NCBI GenBank assembly: GCA_020059485.1
Contig: JAGVCA010000036.1
Location: forward strand, 6,909 to 70,908
Origin: Anaerolineales bacterium
Lineage (GTDB): Bacteria; Chloroflexota; Anaerolineae; Anaerolineales; UBA11579
Reading direction: 5' to 3'
DNA: 64,000 nucleotides
Both the position numbers and the translations under genes were made by a program. The notes under the pieces were generated by a model. That model saw nothing but the letters and a program-made list of their open reading frames with translations. It had not been told where the DNA came from and searched no databases. This document shows, piece after piece, positions 45,678-55,136 of the stretch. Numbering within the stretch: position 1 is the first letter of the stretch; each line of letters begins with the position of its first letter.

Positions 45678-47672
45678 TTAAGCCTCCGGCTCCGCGCCCT
45701 GTTGGGCCGCCGGCTCATCGCCCGGCTCCCCGGCCGACTCCCCGGCCGGTTCAGCATCCCGCAGCATCGAATGGATGTGGTACGGGACATCGATCACCAC
45801 GACATCCTGGTATTGGCGCAGACTGGCGCGCAGACGCCGGGCTGTCTGGTTATGCAGGAAGCCGGCCGCCTCGGTCTCCGGGATGAATTCCGGCACCACG
45901 ATCGTGGTCAGCTGGCCGGAGAATTCCTGGGCGCTGATCTTGGCAATATACTCCACCAACGGAGCCAGCACATCCCGGTAATCGTACTCGATCAACACCA
46001 GCATCAAGTCCGAAGTGATCTCGGGGAAGCGGTTCCAGCGGCGCATGAAACGCTCCTCCGCCTCCGGCGATGTGATGATCGTCAGCACGCGCACATCCCG
46101 CGAGATCCGCTTGGCGTACGAGATCGCCTGGATCGAACCGCGGTGAATATCAGCGATCGGCACAAAGACCACATCCGCCACCTTGGTCACATTCTCATCG
46201 GACAGGCCGGTGGTGCTGAGCGAATCCGCCACCCGCTCGTAGTGCCGGTGGATGGCATTGAAACCGATCACCATCAAGGGGATCAACAGCACCACCACCC
46301 AGGCCCCTTCCAGAAACTTGGTAAACACCAGAATAATGAAGACCACGAAAGTGACCACTGCGCCAAGGGCATTGAAAGCCTGTTTCAGCCGAGCGCTCTT
46401 CTCATAATGGATCACGGTGACGTTGGTATGAATTGACTCTCCTGGTTTGAGATGCGCGATCTTTCCCATCAGCAGGAACATGCCGGATTGCGATAAACTG
46501 AAGCTTAGCATCACGCCCAGGGCATACAGCGGCAGCATGGCGATCTCGTCCGCCTGGAAGATGATCACCAGCAGCGAGGAAAGGGCTGCCAGTACCAAGA
46601 TCCCGGAACTGAACACCAGCCGGTCGCCGCGGTTCTGCATCCAGCGCGGTAAAAAACTATCTTTAGCAAGAAAAGAGCCCAGACGAGGGAAGTCCTGGTA
46701 GCCGGTATTGGCCGCCAGGAACAGGATCATGGCGGTGAAGAACTGCACCCAGTAATACATAAAGCCGCGGCCGGTGATCTGGCGCGTCATCTGCGAGAGG
46801 ATGCTCTCAGCTTCATCCGGTACCAGCGAGAGATGGGTTGCCAGGAAGGTGATCCCGATGAACAACGACATCGCCATCAGGCCCATTGCCACCATCGTGA
46901 TGGCCGCATTTTTGGATTCCGGCGGCTTGAAAGCCTGCACGCCGTTGCTGATCGCCTCGATCCCGGTCAGGGCTGTACAGCCACCGGCGAATGCCCGCAG
47001 CAGCAGCCAGATGTAGGCGAATCCAGCCAACTGCGCGTGGGCAGCCACCTGCTCGGCTTCGATCACGATCGGCGCAGCCCCAAACCAGCCAAAATAGCGC
47101 ACCAGCCCGATCAGAATGACGACCAGCACGCCGGCGACAAAGGCATAGGTCGGAATAGCAAATACCGTTCCGGATTCCCGGACGCCACGAAGGTTCACCC
47201 AGGTGATGATCAGGATCGCACCCAGCGCAATCCACACCCGCAGATCGAACAATTCAGGAAAAGCCGAAGTAACCGCCCGCACGCCGGCGGAAACCGAGAC
47301 CGAGACGGTCAGGATGTAGTCAGTCAGCAGGGCCGCAGCCGCGATCAGGGCCGGCTTGGTTCCCAGATTGTCTTTGGCAACCGTGTACGCGCCGCCGCCA
47401 TCCGGATAGTGCAGGATCGTCTGGATATAACTTGAAACCACCAGCAGCACCAGGCCGGCGACTGCCAGGCCGAGCGGCAGGGTCAGCGACAGAGCGCCAC
47501 TGCCCAGCACGATCAGCACGCTCATGATCGCCTCGGTGGCATAAGCATTGCTCGAGATCGGGTCGGAGGCGAACACCGCCAGCGCCCGCACCTTGTCCAG
47601 CCGCTCGTGCAATTCCTGGCTGGTCGGGAACGGATCGCCGATCAGTAATTTCTTGATGTCTGAAAATCCCAT
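45678..47672 (-). CDS. kimA: APC-family permease, KimA/YdaO-like K+ transporter
   Basis: LAVFASDPISSNAYATE, YPDGGGAYTVAKDNLG, DYILTVSVSV, NLRGVRESG, GCTALTGIEAISNGV.AFKPP, FLHNQTA..L. Confidence 0.85.
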   Translation of the reverse strand: MGFSDIKKLLIGDPFPTSQELHERLDKVRALAVFASDPISSNAYATEAIMSVLIVLGSGALSLTLPLGLAVAGLVLLVVSSYIQTILHYPDGGGAYTVAKDNLGTKPALIAAAALLTDYILTVSVSVSAGVRAVTSAFPELFDLRVWIALGAILIITWVNLRGVRESGTVFAIPTYAFVAGVLVVILIGLVRYFGWFGAAPIVIEAEQVAAHAQLAGFAYIWLLLRAFAGGCTALTGIEAISNGVQAFKPPESKNAAITMVAMGLMAMSLFIGITFLATHLSLVPDEAESILSQMTRQITGRGFMYYWVQFFTAMILFLAANTGYQDFPRLGSFLAKDSFLPRWMQNRGDRLVFSSGILVLAALSSLLVIIFQADEIAMLPLYALGVMLSFSLSQSGMFLLMGKIAHLKPGESIHTNVTVIHYEKSARLKQAFNALGAVVTFVVFIILVFTKFLEGAWVVVLLIPLMVIGFNAIHRHYERVADSLSTTGLSDENVTKVADVVFVPIADIHRGSIQAISYAKRISRDVRVLTIITSPEAEERFMRRWNRFPEITSDLMLVLIEYDYRDVLAPLVEYIAKISAQEFSGQLTTIVVPEFIPETEAAGFLHNQTARRLRASLRQYQDVVVIDVPYHIHSMLRDAEPAGESAGEPGDEPAAQQGAEPEA

Positions 47673-47696
47673 ACTGTTTTCCTGTTCAAAACTGCT

Positions 47697-47786
47697 AAAA
47701 AATAAAAACGCCAGACACCAAGTGAAAATGGCATGCCCGACGGCTCCACAACCAACGCATTATAGTCCTGTTTATTGGGTTGTCAA
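47697..47786 (-). promoter_or_regulatory. Promoter plus short leader with intrinsic terminator (attenuator or candidate riboswitch) of kimA
   Basis: TTGACA(47786-47781)-16 nt-TATAAT(47764-47759); hairpin 47742-47709 followed by TTTTTATTTTTT before the start codon. Confidence 0.7.
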
Positions 47787-47917
47787 TCGACAACTATGCA
47801 AACTCATCTGGGGCTTACCTGGTGGACACACCTAACATACCTCGGATATCCCGACGATATGGCATTGCGATCGAGACGCTGCCAGGCGTCGAAAGAAGCA
47901 ATCTCTCTATTCAGGAA

Positions 47918-48697
47918 CTAATTCGCCAGGAAATCCTGCACGACGGAAATGAACGTCTCTGGGTCGTCCAGCATCGGGAAGTGACCGGCATCCGGCAGAT
48001 ACACCACCACCGGCTGGCTGGCATACTCCTCCACCAACTTGTGCTGGTTGGGATTGACGATCACATCTTTGCGGCCGTAGATGCCCAGCAGCGGGACCTC
48101 GATCTTGTGCAGGTCTTGCCGCAGGTCGGTATAACGCAGCGATTTGATGCTCAGGAGGAAGGACTCCAGCGTGGTCTGCGAAAGGTCGGCGGCGATCATC
48201 TCCGGCCAGCGTTTGTCCCTGGTCACCAGCGGCCAGCCGATGCGGATGCCCAGGTTGAGCGCCCACAGGCTGTTGTGCACCACCGCCGCCACCAGTTTCA
48301 TCCCGGCCAATTTGAGCAGGAAAGCCAGCGAATCCCCCACCACCGGCGAACCGATCACACCGGCCTTGGTCACCCGCTCCGGGTGTTGGATGGCAAACGA
48401 CATCGTCACCGTCCCGCCCATGCTGTGGCCGATGATCGGCGCTTGCTCGATGCCCAGCTGGTCCATGAATTGTGCCACCAGACTGACAAAATCGCTGATA
48501 TTGTAGGTCTCGCGCTTCTTGCCAGACTCGCCAAACCCCCAGAAATCCAGCGCATAGGTGCGGTAGTGCTGCAAGCCTTTCATCGTATCCTGCCACAGAT
48601 ACCACGAGCCTAGCCAGCCATGCAGCAGGATTACCGGCTGGCCGCGGCCATACACTTCATAATGAACGATCCCCTGGTCGGTTGTGATAGTAGACAC
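47918..48697 (-). CDS. Alpha/beta hydrolase with intact Ser-Asp-His triad
   Basis: HGWLGS, GHSMGG, GRKDVIV, AGHFPM; paralog of 34768..35556. Confidence 0.92.
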   Translation of the reverse strand: MSTITTDQGIVHYEVYGRGQPVILLHGWLGSWYLWQDTMKGLQHYRTYALDFWGFGESGKKRETYNISDFVSLVAQFMDQLGIEQAPIIGHSMGGTVTMSFAIQHPERVTKAGVIGSPVVGDSLAFLLKLAGMKLVAAVVHNSLWALNLGIRIGWPLVTRDKRWPEMIAADLSQTTLESFLLSIKSLRYTDLRQDLHKIEVPLLGIYGRKDVIVNPNQHKLVEEYASQPVVVYLPDAGHFPMLDDPETFISVVQDFLAN

Positions 48698-48734
48698 GGC
48701 CTGGCTGTCCTTCCCTCCTGCGCTCGGATCCCGG

Positions 48735-49268
48735 TTATTTGCTGATCTCGCGCATAATGATCTGCAGCAGTTCGATCAGTACGGTTTTCACCGATTCCTT
48801 GTCCCGGGCCACTGCTGGCAGCAGCGGGATATTTTTGTCCAGCCGCAGGGCGATCCGCATATCCTCCACGTCCCAGGCATCCGGTTTGTCCTGCTTGTTG
48901 GCGGCCACCACATACGGCGTCGGCGCATACGCCCGGAAGGTCTCCAGGATCGTGCGGGCCTCGCGAAAGGTCTCCGGCCTGGTGCTGTCCACCATCACAA
49001 TAAATCCCAGCATCCCTTCCGAGAGGATCTCCCACATGAAGTCAAAACGTTTCTGACCGGGCGTCCCAAAAAGGTACAGTACCAGTTCGTCGTCCACCGT
49101 GATGCGCCCAAAATCCATCGCCACCGTGGTCGATTCCTTGATCTTTTCCGCCTCGGCAGTGATCTTGCGTTCAGTGGAGACCACATCAATCTCGCTGACC
49201 GTCTGGATGAACTCGGTCTTGCCTGAGTTGAATGGTCCGGTAACCACCATTTTGACTGTTTGCATCAT
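48735..49268 (-). CDS. MglA/CvnD-like small GTPase
   Basis: GPFNSGKT, TTVAMDFG, LFGTPGQKRFDFMW, NKQD. Confidence 0.92.
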   Translation of the reverse strand: MMQTVKMVVTGPFNSGKTEFIQTVSEIDVVSTERKITAEAEKIKESTTVAMDFGRITVDDELVLYLFGTPGQKRFDFMWEILSEGMLGFIVMVDSTRPETFREARTILETFRAYAPTPYVVAANKQDKPDAWDVEDMRIALRLDKNIPLLPAVARDKESVKTVLIELLQIIMREISK

Positions 49269-49290
49269 GAATATTCCTTCAATGATTTCA

Positions 49291-50112
49291 TTATAATGAT
49301 CTGATCCGCCCGATCAACCGGTTGACCAGGTTCTTTTGCTCTTCCTTGCTCTTGCCGGCCAGGGTCTGTTCCAGACCCGGCAGGCTTTGTTCGATGCCTT
49401 CCGGCCGCACCAGTTCCACCAGCCCGGCTTGCAGCAGACTATAAACCACGCGGCGGATCTCCAGGTCGGACATCCGCGAGGCTTTGGCGATCTGCCTGAT
49501 GGAGTTTTTGGGGTTGATATAGGAGACGACCTTCCATTCCTCCACGCTCATATTCAGCTTCTGAATATTCACGCCCGGGCGGTCGGTGAACTTCAGCGCC
49601 AGGTCCAGGTTGGGCAGCTCGTCCTGCAGCTGCTCCCACTCCCGCAGGCGGCGCGAGCCTTCGATGATGATGTTCTCCAGATCCATGCGGATTGGGATCC
49701 GGTCGGGGGGCAAGGCTTCGCCGTTATTAAAATAGAACTGGCCTTCATCCCAATTAAACAGCCGCTGCAGGATATCGAGGAAATGGTTCTGCAGGCTGGT
49801 GATCACATCCCGCTGGGTGACATGGCCGGAATTGATCAGCAGCAATCCCAGTTCTTTGTCGCTGATATTGCCAGCGCGCTGGCTGATGGTCCTGTACTGG
49901 GCCGGGGTGAGCACATTGGCCTTGTGCAGGATCGCCCCCAAACGGCTGTCCTCATTGCTGATCTCGGCGTAAGCCAGTTTGCCCTCCCGGAAAGTGATCC
50001 GTGCGGCCTGGCTGGCGCTCTCCACCACAAGCGTCCCGGTCTTTTTGGCAAGGTTGACCAGGTTAAGTAGTTGTGTGATGGTGAAATCTCTTAAATTGCC
50101 CTTCAGCGCCAT
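49291..50112 (-). CDS. DUF4388 (PatA-N-like) domain protein with C-terminal winged helix
   Basis: MALKGNLRDFTITQLLNLV..AKKTGTL, LFNWDEGQFYF, IIIEGSRRL.EW. Confidence 0.88.
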   Translation of the reverse strand: MALKGNLRDFTITQLLNLVNLAKKTGTLVVESASQAARITFREGKLAYAEISNEDSRLGAILHKANVLTPAQYRTISQRAGNISDKELGLLLINSGHVTQRDVITSLQNHFLDILQRLFNWDEGQFYFNNGEALPPDRIPIRMDLENIIIEGSRRLREWEQLQDELPNLDLALKFTDRPGVNIQKLNMSVEEWKVVSYINPKNSIRQIAKASRMSDLEIRRVVYSLLQAGLVELVRPEGIEQSLPGLEQTLAGKSKEEQKNLVNRLIGRIRSL

Positions 50113-50219
50113 AGAAAATCTCTTTGCAGTCGAAATGATTGATAAAAAATTATACTGTAAAACAAACTATCCCGCCTTTTAGGAACATGGGTCAGAGTTT
50201 ACAGCTTTGTTGGGCAGTC

Positions 50220-51404
50220 TCACCGGATCTCCTCCCCCGCCATCACCACCACCGGCCGCCCCTCCATCTGCGTCAGGAACACGGTCATTTCGCCGTCTCC
50301 TTCCAGGCGCAGCTGCTGGATCAGGTCTTCCGGCAAGATCGGTGAGCCGCGCTTCTTGACCGTCAACCGCCCAATGCCGCGTTCGCGCAGCGCTGCCCGC
50401 AGCCGTTTCAGCTGGAACGGCATCCAGTCCTCCACCGGCCACACACGGGCGAAAGGTGTCGTCACCAGCTCATCGGCCGTCAGGTAAGCGATCTGCGGAT
50501 CCAGTTGGGCTGCACCCAGTTCGGCCCCCAGCATCTCCACCAGGCCCGCCCGCAGCACGGCCGGGTCCGGTTCATACAGATACCCGCCCGGCTCACCAAG
50601 CGGCAGGCGCGGCTGTTCGGCCTCCGGACCCAACGCCAGCGTATGCACCGCCTCGCCGGTCAGCAGCGTCGCCCGCCGTCCTGTCGTCCGGAACTGCCCA
50701 AACCACAGGGCGGCCTCTTTCAGATCGCCATCCTGGGATACAAATTCCACTTCGCAGTCATAGCCGGAGATCTCATTCAGATCCACCCCAGGCGAAACCT
50801 TGACGCACAGTCCAGCCGCATCCGGCAGCCAGCCCGCGATGATCGAAAGCGGCGGCTGGTAATCCTCGACCGAAAAAATCCGCTGGTGGTCCTGCCGCCG
50901 GGCCGGATCAAAGAACACCGCCTCGCGCCCGGTCAGCCTGAACGGCAGCTCGGTCACATCGGCCTGCACCACCTGTACATCGGCCCGCAGCGCTCGCGCA
51001 TTCAGCCTGACCATCGCCGTTCGCACCTCGTCCAGCTCCACGCCGATCACCGGCCCGGCCGCCGCCAGCGCCAGCGCATCCCCCCCAATCGAGCAGCCCA
51101 GGTCGAGGATCCGTTCCGCCCCGGTGAACCGCCGCGCCCGGTGGGCGGCCACCGCCCATGGCGTGGCCTGTTCCAGCGCCTCGCGGGTGAAGTACATTTT
51201 TTCAGCGTTGGGAAATTTAGCAGCAGCCTCGCCGCGCAGGATCGCGATCGTCAACGCTGCCCGGGCGGTCTCGCGCGGGAAGCGCTTGGCCAGCATCGCA
51301 AAATCGGGCAGGAAATCCTTCTCGCGCGGCTCAAAAGCCATCGCAGATTCCAACGCCCACCGGCCTTCGCGCGTCAGCAGCGCGTACAAATCTGGCAGAT
51401 GCAC
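50220..51404 (-). CDS. Class I SAM methyltransferase with THUMP-like C-terminal domain
   Basis: EALEQAT, LDLGCSIGGD, FFDPARR, KVSPG, YLYEPDPAVLRAG, VKKRG. Confidence 0.85.
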   Translation of the reverse strand: MHLPDLYALLTREGRWALESAMAFEPREKDFLPDFAMLAKRFPRETARAALTIAILRGEAAAKFPNAEKMYFTREALEQATPWAVAAHRARRFTGAERILDLGCSIGGDALALAAAGPVIGVELDEVRTAMVRLNARALRADVQVVQADVTELPFRLTGREAVFFDPARRQDHQRIFSVEDYQPPLSIIAGWLPDAAGLCVKVSPGVDLNEISGYDCEVEFVSQDGDLKEAALWFGQFRTTGRRATLLTGEAVHTLALGPEAEQPRLPLGEPGGYLYEPDPAVLRAGLVEMLGAELGAAQLDPQIAYLTADELVTTPFARVWPVEDWMPFQLKRLRAALRERGIGRLTVKKRGSPILPEDLIQQLRLEGDGEMTVFLTQMEGRPVVVMAGEEIR

Positions 51405-51408
51405 CGGT

Positions 51409-52707
51409 TTACTCCTCCCCCATCATCAACCGCGCCGCCCGCCGTCCGATCTCCACCGCGAAATTCGTCCCCCGGTCCCACGGATACACCTGGCTCATGC
51501 TGGCAAAGTACAACCCCTTGACCGGCGTCTGGATCGACGGGATATTGCGTGAGTGGTTCACCAGCGGCACCGGCTGGGCATAGTTCGCGCGGTGCAGCCA
51601 GGTCTTGATCACCCAGTCCTCCCGGAAATCCGGGTTGATGCGCTGGATGGCCGGCAGGAAGCGGGCCAGCAGCTGCTCTTTCGTCAGGGAGAAGTACTCA
51701 TGCCCGGGCTCAAGATAATCGCCGGCATACACAATATGTTCACCCCCAAAATGCGCTGGCGAGACATAATTGGTATGCTCGACCAACGCCAGGAACGGGA
51801 ACCCGGCCCGCTTTGGCAGGTTGAACCAGTAATAACCCTCGGTGGAAAGCTGCTGCCTGAGCGACATCGTCAGCACCACCGCGCCCATGCTCTTCAGTTC
51901 CAGCAGCCCTTTAAGGTACCCTTCGGGCAGGGCTGGCGCTAACCCCGCCAGCATATGCGGCGAAGTGGTCACCAGCACCTGGTCAAATGTGATCTGGTCG
52001 TACTGCCCGGCCTTGACGGTCAGCTGCTCGTCCGGGGTCGTGACGATCCCGGAGACCGGCATATTCAGCCGGAAGCGTACTCCCATCCCGGTCAGGATCT
52101 CGGCGAAGTCGTCCGCAAAGGCCTGAAACCCGCCCTGGTAGGTGCCCAGCCGCGAGGTGCGCGCCTTGAGCCGTGCCCACATCCAGGCCATATTGACCTG
52201 GTTGGCATAACGCTCACCGAACTTGCCAACCACCAGCGGTTCCCACATTTCCCGGTACACCTTTTCGCCCGCCCACTTCCGCATCCAGGTTTCCACCGTC
52301 ACGGCTTCGAGCCGCTTCCAGTTGTTGGTTAACTTAAGATACAGGCCAACCAGCCCAAATCGGATCTTATTGATGCCCCATCCCAGCCCTGGGTACCGCA
52401 GGGCGTTCAGGATCGAGTCGAACGGATACCATTTCCCTTCATGCAGCAGCACGGTCAGCGGCCGTGGGAACAGCACCTTGTCACTTAATCCCAGCTCAGC
52501 GATCAAACCGAGCATGTGCCGGTCGCTCTGGAACCAGTGATGGTAAAACTTTTCCACCGACCAGTCCCAATGTGGTTCCTTGAACCCGGCCGCCAGTCCG
52601 CCGACATGATCGGCACCCTCAAATATCGTGACCTCATGCCCGGCCCGTGTCAGGTCGTTGGCAGCCGCCATCCCGCCAAATCCAGCCCCGATGATTGCGA
52701 TCTTCAT
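51409..52707 (-). CDS. FAD-dependent oxidoreductase (amine oxidase/protoporphyrinogen-oxidase-like)
   Basis: IAIIGAGFGG.AAA, GGLA, EKFYHHWF, QVYPWDRG.N. Confidence 0.85.
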   Translation of the reverse strand: MKIAIIGAGFGGMAAANDLTRAGHEVTIFEGADHVGGLAAGFKEPHWDWSVEKFYHHWFQSDRHMLGLIAELGLSDKVLFPRPLTVLLHEGKWYPFDSILNALRYPGLGWGINKIRFGLVGLYLKLTNNWKRLEAVTVETWMRKWAGEKVYREMWEPLVVGKFGERYANQVNMAWMWARLKARTSRLGTYQGGFQAFADDFAEILTGMGVRFRLNMPVSGIVTTPDEQLTVKAGQYDQITFDQVLVTTSPHMLAGLAPALPEGYLKGLLELKSMGAVVLTMSLRQQLSTEGYYWFNLPKRAGFPFLALVEHTNYVSPAHFGGEHIVYAGDYLEPGHEYFSLTKEQLLARFLPAIQRINPDFREDWVIKTWLHRANYAQPVPLVNHSRNIPSIQTPVKGLYFASMSQVYPWDRGTNFAVEIGRRAARLMMGEE

Positions 52708-53756
52708 TCTTGGGATCCTCCCTCAAGCGGCATTTCAGGCTCAGGCATAGGCTTTTGCCGCAACTCGCCCACCTGCCGCCACGAGATCCCCTCCCGGGCA
52801 AGATAGGCCAGCCCGACGACCAGCACCGGCAGCCACAAAGAGAAATGCAGCACAAACGCGTAGCTGGTAGCGATCTCGTTGGGGACATTGTAAAGCCCCA
52901 GCACGGCGATCGCGGCCAGATGAAAGACGCCGAAATACCCCGGTGCCGAAGGGATCGAGGTTGCCAGGTTGATCACGCCGATCATCAGCAGCAACGCCAT
53001 GAAATCCACGCTGAAATCGAAGGCGTGCATCACGAGCCAGGCATTGGCGGTCTCCAGCAGCCAGACCACGATCGAAGTCAATGAGACCTGCAGGATATCG
53101 AGTGGAGAACGCAGCGAAGCCAGGCCGTCCAGGAACGGGGTCGCAAAATCAAGCACCCGCGCCTGGATGCGCTCCGGCAGCAGGCGGACGGCGAACCAAC
53201 GCAGCACGCTCTCCGCCTGGCGCGGCAGCAAGGCCACCAGCACAAAAACCCCCAGCAGCCCGCCGATCACCGCGCCACCCCAGATCCCCACATCCCGGAT
53301 CGAAACATCCCCAAACAGGATCAAGTCCTCATTCGCCTGGGTAAGTCCGGTCACGCCGATGAAAACGAAAGCCAGCATGGTCAGCCCATCATAGATCCGT
53401 TCCACCACGATCGTCGCCAGGGATGCCGAGATCGGGACTTCCTCCCGCGACTTGAGTACGACCGCCCGCAGCACCTCGCCGGCTCGAGCCGGGAAGATGT
53501 TGTTGCCGGCATATCCGATCGTGATCACCGGGTAGATCCGGCTGGGGGGAATGCGCTTAACCGGCCGCAGCAGGGATTGCCACCGCCAGGCGCGCACCCA
53601 CAGGGACAGGAAATACACGGCCACCCCAGGGACGAGCCACCAGTACTTTGCCTGGGCAGTCTCCACCCACAGTCTGGCAAAATCTACGTCCTTCAGAGCC
53701 AAATACAGGAACAGTGCGCTGATCAGCACACCCAGCCAAAAGATCCATCTTTTCAT
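52704..53756 (-). CDS. LPG-synthase TM domain (flippase-like) membrane protein
   Basis: RAWRWQ, NNIFPARAGEVLRA, ATIVVERIYD, PSAPGYFG.F. Confidence 0.88.
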   Translation of the reverse strand: MKRWIFWLGVLISALFLYLALKDVDFARLWVETAQAKYWWLVPGVAVYFLSLWVRAWRWQSLLRPVKRIPPSRIYPVITIGYAGNNIFPARAGEVLRAVVLKSREEVPISASLATIVVERIYDGLTMLAFVFIGVTGLTQANEDLILFGDVSIRDVGIWGGAVIGGLLGVFVLVALLPRQAESVLRWFAVRLLPERIQARVLDFATPFLDGLASLRSPLDILQVSLTSIVVWLLETANAWLVMHAFDFSVDFMALLLMIGVINLATSIPSAPGYFGVFHLAAIAVLGLYNVPNEIATSYAFVLHFSLWLPVLVVGLAYLAREGISWRQVGELRQKPMPEPEMPLEGGSQE

Positions 53757-53810
53757 AACAGGACGATTCTACCACCGGGAGCCAATCCGGACAGATAATC
53801 GAGGCTTTGA

Positions 53811-54656
53811 TCAGGATGCCATCTCTGAAAGCAACCGCTTAATGTGCGGCAGCACCTCCCGAGTCGCTTCCGCCCCTTTCTCGATGATCTCCGGAATCCG
53901 GTCGACATCAAACAAAGACAGATTCTGCTCAAACTCCGGCATGATCAGAAAGATCTCGGCGTGATGGGCCAGGTTGTAGAAGGCATAGGTCGCCTTGAGG
54001 ATATTATTCATATAGATGCTGTTCATCTGCTCCTGGACCGCCGCCATCGAGCGCAGGCGGTTGCGATAACTCAGCGTGAATCCCATCGCGATGATGATAT
54101 CCGCCCCATCCTGAATGGCGACGTCCACCGGCAACGGATCAGACACTCCGCCGTCGATCAGCAGCCGTCCATCCACTTCCCACGGTGGGAAGATCATCGG
54201 AATCGCCAGGCTCGCCCGGACGGCATCCTTGACCCGGCCTTCCGACAGGATCACCTTCTCCCCATCTGCCAGATCGGTCGCAACCAGCTTAAGGGGTATC
54301 TTCGTCTGATCAAAGGTCAGGTCGGAGGCCACATTTTCCAGCGCCATATTCAGATATTGGTCATCCACCAGCCCACTGCGTTCATCGAATTTCATTGAAC
54401 CATTCCGGGCGGCCCTCAGGTTCGTGGTGTACCCTTCCATGATCTCACTGGTCCAGATCGCCTTTGATCCCTCCATCATATACTCAATATCCGCGCCCTG
54501 CGCGATCAGCGCACCATACACACTACCGCCACTGCACCCGATGATCGAATCTACCTCAATCTCGTTCCTCAGCACTTCCCACATCCCGATCGCAGCCGCG
54601 CACTTGATCCCGCCGGATCCGATCACCAGAGCCGTTCTCTTACCATTAATATTCAT
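53811..54656 (-). CDS. Patatin-like phospholipase
   Basis: GSGG, GCSGG, VRASLAIP..FPP, DGG. Confidence 0.9.
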   Translation of the reverse strand: MNINGKRTALVIGSGGIKCAAAIGMWEVLRNEIEVDSIIGCSGGSVYGALIAQGADIEYMMEGSKAIWTSEIMEGYTTNLRAARNGSMKFDERSGLVDDQYLNMALENVASDLTFDQTKIPLKLVATDLADGEKVILSEGRVKDAVRASLAIPMIFPPWEVDGRLLIDGGVSDPLPVDVAIQDGADIIIAMGFTLSYRNRLRSMAAVQEQMNSIYMNNILKATYAFYNLAHHAEIFLIMPEFEQNLSLFDVDRIPEIIEKGAEATREVLPHIKRLLSEMAS

Positions 54657-54671
54657 TTTTATTTCAGTTTC

Positions 54672-55004
54672 CTAGAAATTACTGATCGCGCTGTCCACAT
54701 CCGGGAACAACTTAATAATGCTGGTAAACCCGGTCAGGCTGAGCACCTTTTCCACCTGTTTCTGCACGCCGGCCAGGAACAGATCCCCCCCATTGCCACG
54801 AGCCGCCTTCGCCGCCAACAAAACCACCCGCAGTCCTGCGCTGCTGGTGTAGTCCACCTGACTGAAATCCGCCACGATCTTGCTGGCCCCCCCGGCGATC
54901 AAACCGTCCATATGAGCCGAGATCTGCTGAGCGGTCAGTGAATCAATGCTGCCGGCAAAGCCGACCACCGTGATGTCATTAATCTTGCGATCTTTAATTT
55001 CCAT
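54672..55004 (-). CDS. STAS-domain anti-anti-sigma factor (RsbV-like)
   Basis: GSIDS.TA, DFSQVDYTSSAGLRV, V.KVL.LTGF. Confidence 0.9.
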   Translation of the reverse strand: MEIKDRKINDITVVGFAGSIDSLTAQQISAHMDGLIAGGASKIVADFSQVDYTSSAGLRVVLLAAKAARGNGGDLFLAGVQKQVEKVLSLTGFTSIIKLFPDVDSAISNF

Positions 55005-55136
55005 TCGAATCCTTTCGATCATCCCCATATCCCAACCGGGCAAGCGGGGGGGATTATTGTCAATGAACTTTGCCCGGTAATTAAACCTAACCAGTTCTGC
55101 CTTGCTGTGGCTGCCGCGAATGCAGTCGGAAGGAGG

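Noticed and set aside
47790-47915. ydaO c-di-AMP riboswitch upstream of kimA
   Set aside because: The hallmark GCTGAATC/GGGGGA/CCCGTCAGCT segments are not present, and the region lies upstream of the apparent promoter.
55030-55082. c-di-GMP-I riboswitch (GGGCAAA start)
   Set aside because: Only a simple inverted repeat; it lacks the GAAA tetraloop/receptor and the second GCAAA stem.
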